A stretch of DNA of 64,000 nt from Bacteriovoracaceae bacterium. GTDB lineage: Bacteria > Bdellovibrionota > Bacteriovoracia > Bacteriovoracales > Bacteriovoracaceae. Positions 57,032 through 64,000 of this stretch are shown piece by piece. The stretch covers positions 896,001 through 960,000 of the forward strand of contig JBLWTJ010000001.1 of the NCBI GenBank assembly GCA_048270185.1, given 5' to 3'. The notes under the pieces were generated by a model. That model was not told the origin of the DNA, did no database searches, and saw nothing but the letters and a program-made list of their open reading frames with translations. Every line of letters begins with the position of its first letter. The first letter of the stretch is position 1. The position numbers and the translations under genes are program-made.

Positions 57032-57807
57032 TGTCCATGACACAAGAAAATGACATCATCTTAGAAGTAAAAAATATTCAAGCCTGGTTTGGAGATTTCC
57101 ACGCCGTTAAAGGAATTGACTTAAATTATCATAAGAATACAGTAAACGCGATTATTGGACCTTCTGGTTGTGGTAAGTCCACTTATATTAGAACACTTAA
57201 TCGTATCCACGAAGAAGTGGCCGGAGCGCGTGTTTCAGGTCAGGTACTACTATCAGGAAATGATATCTATGCACCAGATGCTGATCCTGTTGAGATCAGA
57301 CGCTCGATTGGAATGGTTTTTCAAAAACCAAACCCATTTGCGGCCATGAGTATCTATGACAATGTTGTTATTGGCCCAAGACTTTGGGGAAAGAAGAAAA
57401 AGAGTGAACTCGATGAGATTGCATATAATTGTCTTTCAAAAGCGGCCCTATGGAACGAAGTAAAGGATAAGCTTCACCAAGAAGGGACATCTCTTTCAGG
57501 TGGACAACAACAAAGACTTTGTATTGCCAGAACATTAGCAACAAATCCACCTATTGTACTTATGGATGAGCCAACTTCAGCTCTCGATCCTATTGCGACA
57601 GGAAAAATTGAAGAGCTTATGAGTGAGCTTAAGAAAGACTATACGGTTATTGTTGTTACACATAATATGCAACAAGCAGCTCGTATTGCCGATTACACGA
57701 GCTTCTTTATTCTAGGTGAAATGATTGAGCACGGCCTAAGTAGTGACGTGTTTACGAATCCAAAAGAAAAGAAAACTGAAGATTATATCACTGGCCGTTT
57801 CGGTTAA
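57031..57807 (+). CDS. pstB: Phosphate ABC transporter ATPase
   Basis: GPSGCGKST, LSGGQQQRLCIAR and TEDYITGRFG. Confidence 0.96.
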   Translation: MSMTQENDIILEVKNIQAWFGDFHAVKGIDLNYHKNTVNAIIGPSGCGKSTYIRTLNRIHEEVAGARVSGQVLLSGNDIYAPDADPVEIRRSIGMVFQKPNPFAAMSIYDNVVIGPRLWGKKKKSELDEIAYNCLSKAALWNEVKDKLHQEGTSLSGGQQQRLCIARTLATNPPIVLMDEPTSALDPIATGKIEELMSELKKDYTVIVVTHNMQQAARIADYTSFFILGEMIEHGLSSDVFTNPKEKKTEDYITGRFG

Positions 57808-57817
57808 GGAGAATTCA

Positions 57818-58432
57818 ATGGAATTAACTGTTGAAAGACTAAGAAAAGATATTACAGAAATGGCAGCAGTCGTTGAGAAAATTCTATATGTTGCTGTTGA
57901 TGAAAAATCGCAAATAGAGGACCTCTACAAGCTAGAGCATGAAATTAATGAATTTCATAAATTAGTTGATGATCACGTCTTTAAATTTATAGCTCTTAAA
58001 TCCCCTACTGCAATTGATCTTCGAACGGCCCTCGCTATTATGAAAATTAATTCAGAGTTAGAACGACTTGGAGATGAGGCCGTTAATCTTAAGCGCTATC
58101 TCATGAGAATAACAAATCAAGAAAAGCACTGCAGTATTATTCAAGCTGAAGTTTTTGAAATGGTTAGAAAATCTCTAATTGCATTTGCTTCAAATAATAT
58201 TCAAATGGCCACTGATGTTATCAAGGCCGACCAAGAGGTTAACTCTCTTCACCGCGACCTTGTTAAGAAGTTTTATCAATTATTAAAAGAAGGAAAGGCC
58301 GAAGTCGATGAAGGCTTTGCCGTCATTCGTGTTTCAAAAATATTTGAACGTTGTGGAGACCACGCAACAAATATTTGTGAAGACATTATCTTCCTTGAAT
58401 CAGGAAAAGACGTAAGACACACAGAAGATTAA
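57818..58432 (+). CDS. phoU: Phosphate signalling protein PhoU
   Basis: PTAIDLR, ELERLGD and ERCGDHATNICE. Confidence 0.93.
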   Translation: MELTVERLRKDITEMAAVVEKILYVAVDEKSQIEDLYKLEHEINEFHKLVDDHVFKFIALKSPTAIDLRTALAIMKINSELERLGDEAVNLKRYLMRITNQEKHCSIIQAEVFEMVRKSLIAFASNNIQMATDVIKADQEVNSLHRDLVKKFYQLLKEGKAEVDEGFAVIRVSKIFERCGDHATNICEDIIFLESGKDVRHTED

Positions 58433-58438
58433 AAGTAT

Positions 58439-59128
58439 ATGAAGGCCCTAATCGTTGAAGACGAACAAGCAATTGCCAAGCTCATAGGTGTTAACCTAAA
58501 AAGCCTCGGAATTGAATTTGATATAGCTAATACAGGTAACGATGCCATCAAGAGCATTGATTCAAATCATTACAATCTCTTCATTCTCGATCGCATGCTG
58601 CCGGACTTTAACGGTGTCGAAATTTGTCAGTATATAAGAAAAACAAAGAGCATAGCCGATGCAGGTATTCTCTTTGTGACTGCAATGACTTCGAGCGAGT
58701 CAATTATTGAAGGGCTTGACGCAGGAGCTGACGACTATATTACTAAACCTTTTGATATAGGTGTTTTAAAGGCACGAATTAGCAGCCTTACACGTCGAGT
58801 TCAAATCGAATCGAGTAAGAGTGATGATAGTCATATCTTTAAGCATCTTGGAATTGAAGTTGATACAAATAGCGTATCAACCAAGGCCCATGGTGAGGAA
58901 GTTAAATTAACTCTATCAGAATTTAATATTCTATCAGTTCTCATTTCCTCTCCAGGCAAGGTCTATACAAGAAAGCAAATTGTTGACTTAATTAAAGGTG
59001 AAAATATCTACGTAACAGATCGTACTGTGGACACACATGTCTTTGCACTAAGAAAGAAACTTGGAGATTGTGCTAGTGTCATCGAAACTGTACGCGGAAT
59101 TGGTTATCGAGTACAAAGTGAAGAGTAA
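58439..59128 (+). CDS. phoB: OmpR/PhoB family response regulator
   Basis: LDRMLP, GADDYITKPF, DRTVDTHV and ETVRGIGY, within the pst operon. Confidence 0.85.
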   Translation: MKALIVEDEQAIAKLIGVNLKSLGIEFDIANTGNDAIKSIDSNHYNLFILDRMLPDFNGVEICQYIRKTKSIADAGILFVTAMTSSESIIEGLDAGADDYITKPFDIGVLKARISSLTRRVQIESSKSDDSHIFKHLGIEVDTNSVSTKAHGEEVKLTLSEFNILSVLISSPGKVYTRKQIVDLIKGENIYVTDRTVDTHVFALRKKLGDCASVIETVRGIGYRVQSEE

Positions 59129-60797
59129 CTTTTTTAATTTTCTAAAAATTAAATTTCTAAATGATATTATCTTCTATCAGACTATTATCTTTTGTGTCTC
59201 TTTATTAACACTTGGAATCTTTTTCATATTCAACTTTAAAGATAACTTTATCAAATCGATTGTTGATCAAGAAATTCTAACTCTTCGCCAAGAAGGTGTG
59301 GCAAAGATGTGCAAGAATCGCACAAAGCGTAGCCAATTTATTATATTAAGTAATAACAGTACCACTCGATGTGCAGATGATAGCTTTAGCATCGAAGAAT
59401 TTAAAAATATTGGTATTAATGAATATAAGAGTGATGAACACTATATCTATAATCACCGAGTGATTCATTCAAAAGGGAAAAATTATACTCTCTTTTTAAA
59501 GGTTGAATCAGATGCTCTAAAACTTGTCTCATCTAAGGTATTCTCTAAACTTTTTATTTCAATGGGAATCTTGGGGCTACTATTTCTAACGGGGCAATTC
59601 TTTCTCTTCAAGCACTACTTCACTCCTCTTTATAATCTCTTCAATATATTCAAAATGGATGGAGTCATTAATACTGAGGATAGTCGTGATTATTGGGATT
59701 ATATCGAATCAAAATCATTAAAGAGTTTTAGTAAGCGAAGAAAACTACACCGAGAACTATTTAACACAAGACAGTACTATTCCGTCATTATTAACTCGAT
59801 CGATGACCCTCTTGCCGTAACTGATGCTAAGGGAAATATTATTTTCTGTAATAATTCTTTTAAGGACTCGTTTGCTTCTTTTAATGGCCACTACAATAAG
59901 ATTAATCTCATCAATATTATACGCGACTATGACTTTATCAATTTAATTAAAACGAATGGCTACACCCCTACACGTATTCACAATTCTCAGATTAAATTAA
60001 CAAAGACAAATGGAAAGGCCCATTCATTTCAACTCAAAACGAGCTCAATTGACTCGAAGAAGAAGGAAAAGGAAATTTTATTCTTCTTCAGTGATATTAC
60101 GAAACTTCAAGATATGAATAATATGAGAAGGGACTTCTTTGAAAATGTTTCTCATGAAATTAAAACTCCTTTGACATCTATTAAGGGCTACTCTCAAACT
60201 CTTAGTGCAATTAATACAGATGTAGATCAAAAAGAAATTCTTGATATCATCACACAAAATGTTGACCGTCTAGATGAGTTAATTAATGGAATTCTCTCTC
60301 TTTCTAAAATCGAAAATGAAGGCCGCATCACAATTGAAGATATCGATTTCTCTGCCTTCATCAATGGGCTTATTAATGACCAACAAATCAAGCTTGATGC
60401 AAAGAATATGAGTATCGATACTTCGGCCATTAAAGTTGATACAGTGATGGCCAATGAGAGACTTCTCTACCACTGTCTTTCAAACCTTCTCTCAAATGCT
60501 ATAAAGTATTCACAAGAAAGGACTAAGATTACGATTAGCGGTGGAATATATAATAATGATGAAGTCTATATTTCCATTACTGACGAAGGTGTTGGGATTC
60601 CAAATGATAAGATCGCTCGTATCTTTGAGAGATTTTACCGCGTCGATCAATCAAGAAGTATTAATACAGGTGGTACAGGACTAGGGCTTGCTATTGCCAA
60701 ACATTCGGCCCAGAAAATGGGAGCACGTATTGAGGTCGATAGTGAAGTTAATAAGGGAACGACTTTTATCGTAATCTTTCCAAATAAGAAATCTTAG
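59118..60797 (+). CDS. phoR: PhoR-like sensor histidine kinase
   Basis: Two TMs, PAS, NVSHEIKTPLTSI and IFERFYRVD..RS...GGTGLGL. Confidence 0.85.
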   Translation: MKSNFFNFLKIKFLNDIIFYQTIIFCVSLLTLGIFFIFNFKDNFIKSIVDQEILTLRQEGVAKMCKNRTKRSQFIILSNNSTTRCADDSFSIEEFKNIGINEYKSDEHYIYNHRVIHSKGKNYTLFLKVESDALKLVSSKVFSKLFISMGILGLLFLTGQFFLFKHYFTPLYNLFNIFKMDGVINTEDSRDYWDYIESKSLKSFSKRRKLHRELFNTRQYYSVIINSIDDPLAVTDAKGNIIFCNNSFKDSFASFNGHYNKINLINIIRDYDFINLIKTNGYTPTRIHNSQIKLTKTNGKAHSFQLKTSSIDSKKKEKEILFFFSDITKLQDMNNMRRDFFENVSHEIKTPLTSIKGYSQTLSAINTDVDQKEILDIITQNVDRLDELINGILSLSKIENEGRITIEDIDFSAFINGLINDQQIKLDAKNMSIDTSAIKVDTVMANERLLYHCLSNLLSNAIKYSQERTKITISGGIYNNDEVYISITDEGVGIPNDKIARIFERFYRVDQSRSINTGGTGLGLAIAKHSAQKMGARIEVDSEVNKGTTFIVIFPNKKS

Positions 60798-61846
60798 TCA
60801 ATTTCAAATTTTGTTGGTGACTTCATAAGCTTTGTCAGAACTTCTTCAACGTTGGCATCATTATAAAGAACATCATAAAGTCCTGTAAAAATACGAGCGC
60901 GAATATCGTATTTTTCACAAATGAGAAAAGCTGCCTTTGTCGTCTTATAACCCTCAACAACAGTACGTTGCGAATTGATAATCTCAAGCGGCTTGCGTCC
61001 CTTAGCGATCTCAATCCCAAAAGTTTTGTTACGAGAAAGGCCTCCAGTGGTTGTGAGGATAAGATCCCCCATTCCGCTTAAACCATAGAATGTTTCAGGA
61101 CGTGCATTAAAGACTTTTCCAAAGCGAAGCATTTCTACGATACCACGAGTAATCATCGCAGCACGTGTATTGTGGTTATAGCCTAGGCCTTCGACAATTC
61201 CACCAGCAATGGCCAAAACGTTCTTTAAGGCACCACCAAGTAGAACACCTTTAATATCGTAACTAGGTAGAGCTTTAAAATACGGAGTTTCTAATTTATC
61301 CGCAATATCCATTAAGATTTTTTTTGAACGGCCAGCAATAGTGACAAGCGTGATTTGCTTTTCCATAATTTCTTTAGCGAAACTTGGGCCTGATAAGAAA
61401 GTTATATGATCCTTATATTGAGGAAAGAAGTCATGAAAGAGATCATCACTAAGCTCTAGTGTTTCAGGATCAATCCCCTTTGAAAGACTGATAAGTGGGA
61501 TATCTCGTTTAAAATATCCTGTAAAACGCTCAAGGTTTTCACCAAAGAATGTACGAATTCCATGAGTCGGTAACCCTGAAACAATAAGTTCTAACTTATC
61601 TTCGTATTCTTCATCAAATTCATTCCAGCCTACAATGGCCTTGATATTTGAATCGAGTTTAATTCCTGGAAGATAGACCGCATTTTCACGATCTTTATTG
61701 ATGGCATTGTACACATCTTCAGAACGTACTTTAAGAATGACGTGGTCAAATTTATTGGCAAGTATTGAAGCGATTGAAGTACCAAAGGCACCAGCTCCAA
61801 CCACAAGTGCTGTCTTATATGTCTTTGCTGCTTTTGTTTTTGTCAT
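60794..61846 (-). CDS. gpsA: NAD(P)H-dependent glycerol-3-phosphate dehydrogenase
   Basis: GAGAFGT, LSGPSFA, GGALKNV, GLSGMGDL and SRN. Confidence 0.95.
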   Translation of the reverse strand: MTKTKAAKTYKTALVVGAGAFGTSIASILANKFDHVILKVRSEDVYNAINKDRENAVYLPGIKLDSNIKAIVGWNEFDEEYEDKLELIVSGLPTHGIRTFFGENLERFTGYFKRDIPLISLSKGIDPETLELSDDLFHDFFPQYKDHITFLSGPSFAKEIMEKQITLVTIAGRSKKILMDIADKLETPYFKALPSYDIKGVLLGGALKNVLAIAGGIVEGLGYNHNTRAAMITRGIVEMLRFGKVFNARPETFYGLSGMGDLILTTTGGLSRNKTFGIEIAKGRKPLEIINSQRTVVEGYKTTKAAFLICEKYDIRARIFTGLYDVLYNDANVEEVLTKLMKSPTKFEID

Positions 61847-62097
61847 AGAGAAATAATACCATGAAGTCTTGATACGCGTTCGTATATCGTTAACACTTCT
61901 TGGGAACTATTGCATGTTACATTAAACGAGAAAGAAATATACTTTCCTGTTTTAGACGGTTTTTCATGGTGAGGTTTCTCACCAACGGCCATGATTAATT
62001 CATCTCGATTTGAATCATTACCGATAAATTTAAAGTTATAAACTGCTGGCCATTCATACTGGTCATCTAACAGCGCTTTTAACTTCTGCATATCCAT
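61843..62097 (-). CDS. DUF493 (YbeD-like) protein
   Basis: EWPAVYNFKFIG and SKTGKYIS. Confidence 0.85.
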   Translation of the reverse strand: MDMQKLKALLDDQYEWPAVYNFKFIGNDSNRDELIMAVGEKPHHEKPSKTGKYISFSFNVTCNSSQEVLTIYERVSRLHGIISL

Positions 62098-62109
62098 TTT
62101 AATCAACTC

Positions 62110-62685
62110 CTACTTCGGCCAACTCGACTTGAAATCAATTGCCGTATCATCAAAATCTAAAACTTCAGGTACAATTCCGTGAACGTAGCGAAAAATATCG
62201 ATCACTTCGCGAACTGCACCATGGCCACCATCACGCTCAGTAACATAGTCACAGAAGTGTTGAATTTCATGCGAAGCATGTGGTGTCGTAGCAGCAAAAC
62301 CTGCTGCTTTTAATAGAGGGACATCAAAGAATTCATCGCCCATGAAGAGAACTTCTTCAGGCTTAAACCCAAGGTCTAAAACCTTTTTAAATGCCACTCT
62401 CTTATCTTCGTCTCCTAAGAAAGCAAAGTCTAACTTAAGATTATTCACAAAGCGCTCTTGCACACCTTTAGAAGCTCCTCCTGAGATGACTCCAACTTTA
62501 AAACCAGCTCTCATGAGAAGTTTTAGAGCATAACCATCAGAAGTGTGTGATGAACGGTTAAATCCCATCTCATCATCTTGATACCAAACATGTCCAGGAG
62601 TTAAGACACCATCGATATCAAAAGCAAGAACCTTGATATCTTTTAGTTTGTCTTTAAATTGCTGCGCTTTAATAAATAAATCCAT
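62110..62685 (-). CDS. kdsC: KDO 8-phosphate phosphatase
   Basis: FDIDGVLT, DG, MGDEFFD and GGHGAVRE, adjacent to kdsA. Confidence 0.9.
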   Translation of the reverse strand: MDLFIKAQQFKDKLKDIKVLAFDIDGVLTPGHVWYQDDEMGFNRSSHTSDGYALKLLMRAGFKVGVISGGASKGVQERFVNNLKLDFAFLGDEDKRVAFKKVLDLGFKPEEVLFMGDEFFDVPLLKAAGFAATTPHASHEIQHFCDYVTERDGGHGAVREVIDIFRYVHGIVPEVLDFDDTAIDFKSSWPK

Positions 62686-62688
62686 TAA

Positions 62689-63495
62689 TTATTCCGTAAT
62701 TGCGTTTTTGATTCTTAGTAATCTTTCAATAATCTTTCCAGCTTGATCTAGTGGTAAGCTCGTTGCTGCATCTGATTTTGCTTCATTTGGATTCGGGTGA
62801 ACTTCCATAAAGATCCCATCAGCACCTGCTGCTACGGCCGCTTGAGCAAGCGTTAAGATTTGCTCACGCTTTCCTCCTGTTGAAGTACCAAGACCACCTG
62901 GTCTTTGAACACAGTGAGTAGCATCGTGAATGGCACGAACACCAAATGACTTCATGATTTGAAAACTTGCCATATCAACAACAAGATTATTGTAACCAAA
63001 TGAAGTCCCTCTTTCTGTTAGAAGAATTTTATCTTTTGTAATAAATTCTTCTGCCTTCTTGACAATATTTCCTGTCTCTTCTGGAGATAGGAATTGTCCC
63101 TTCTTAATCTTAAGTTGAGCGTCGTGCTTCTTACAAGCTTCAGCACCAGCTAAGATCATATCTGTTTGACGACAAAGGAAAGCTGGAATTTGAATTGTAT
63201 CTACAACACTTGCCACAGCATCCGCTTGCTCTGCAGTGTGGAAGTCAGTGATTAATTGAACTCCATATTGCTTCTTAACTTTCTCAAGGATTTGTAGGCC
63301 TTTCTCAAGTCCTGGCCCTCTGAAAGAGTCAATTGATGAGCGGTTGGCCTTATCAAAACTTCCCTTATAAGAGAAGTTGATTTGATCCTTTACCGGCTCA
63401 AGCATTTCTAATAGACGTCCACAAACATCCATACACATTTGTTCAGACTCGATTACACAAGTCCCCATGAATAGATCAAATTTCTTATTTTCCAT
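62689..63495 (-). CDS. kdsA: KDO 8-phosphate synthase
   Basis: SFDKANRSS, QIPAFLCRQT, KKGQF, ERGTSFGYN and DATH. Confidence 0.96.
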   Translation of the reverse strand: MENKKFDLFMGTCVIESEQMCMDVCGRLLEMLEPVKDQINFSYKGSFDKANRSSIDSFRGPGLEKGLQILEKVKKQYGVQLITDFHTAEQADAVASVVDTIQIPAFLCRQTDMILAGAEACKKHDAQLKIKKGQFLSPEETGNIVKKAEEFITKDKILLTERGTSFGYNNLVVDMASFQIMKSFGVRAIHDATHCVQRPGGLGTSTGGKREQILTLAQAAVAAGADGIFMEVHPNPNEAKSDAATSLPLDQAGKIIERLLRIKNAITE

Positions 63496-64000
63496 AATTA
63501 TCGGCCTCTTTTATAAATTCACTAAATACTGGGTGGGCCGCATATGGCCTCGATTTAAATTCTGGGTGGTACTGACACGCAAAGAAGAATGGATGATCCT
63601 TAATCTCGATTGTTTCGACGAGATCAAGTTCAGGATTTCTTCCACTAATGACGAGTCCCTTCTCTTTTAATTGTTCAACATAGAAGTTATTAACTTCAAG
63701 ACGATGACGGTGTCTTTCGTGGATTAACTTTTCACCGTAGACTTGTCTTGCACGACTTCCTTCTAGTAATTCACACTCATAACTTCCAAGGCGCATACTT
63801 CCACCTTTTGCTCCGTCACGAGTTTGCCCTTCCATATAGTGAACTAAGTGATCTCCACCAGCATTGAATTCTTCTGATGTTGCATCTTTGAGTCCACAAA
63901 TATTTCGAGCGTATTCAATAATCGCAAGCTGCATTCCAAGACAAATACCAAAGAAAGGAACTTTGTTTTCACGAGCATATTGAATGGCCGCAATCTTCCC
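63485..64000 (-). CDS. pyrG: CTP synthase, C-terminal part (5' end outside the window)
   Basis: GKIAAIQYARENKVPFFGICLGMQ, GGSMRLG, ERHRHR and QYHPEFKSRP. Confidence 0.96.
   Translation of the reverse strand, partial: GKIAAIQYARENKVPFFGICLGMQLAIIEYARNICGLKDATSEEFNAGGDHLVHYMEGQTRDGAKGGSMRLGSYECELLEGSRARQVYGEKLIHERHRHRLEVNNFYVEQLKEKGLVISGRNPELDLVETIEIKDHPFFFACQYHPEFKSRPYAAHPVFSEFIKEADNYGK

Noticed and set aside
1..64000. CRISPR array, rRNA, integrase or prophage structural genes
   Set aside because: None seen. The remaining short alternative-frame ORFs in the track overlap well-supported genes and were treated as spurious.

Overview
AT-rich bacterial chromosome segment. The many short, signal-peptide-bearing, Cys-rich hypothetical proteins, the FliA-type promoter motifs and the gene style suggest a predatory Bdellovibrionota (Halobacteriovorax/Bacteriovorax-like); this taxonomy is inference. 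Positions 1-5.9 kb are a decaying accessory island. It holds the 3' end of an MqsR-like toxin, an unusual antitoxin with two ribbon-helix-helix (RHH) units, a translationally coupled class III nucleotide-cyclase-like gene and a DUF2971 gene. It also holds two tRNA/tmRNA-3'-end-like TCCACCATTTTTC repeats, an IS481 remnant, a Phd/YefM antitoxin whose ParE/RelE-like toxin has a nonsense mutation, and several gene fragments. From 5.9-21.6 kb there is a sigma28-type secreted amidase/partner/metalloprotease operon and two paralogous receiver + hybrid histidine kinase cassettes. From 21.6-47.6 kb there are MATE, a CoA-transferase, a TetR/MarR-flanked TolC-adaptor-RND system that lacks the canonical proton-relay aspartates and the adaptor hairpin, cytochrome c, cti, and nucleotide-salvage genes. 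That stretch also has an HDAC, a LYS1-type saccharopine dehydrogenase whose RBS lies inside a perfect 34-bp hairpin, and an SplB-like radical SAM cluster. From 47.8-64 kb is core genome: rpmB, a subtilisin, degenerate PilZ/HD-GYP genes, pstSCAB-phoU-phoBR, gpsA, kdsC, kdsA and partial pyrG. All calls come from motif recognition by eye; no searches were run.
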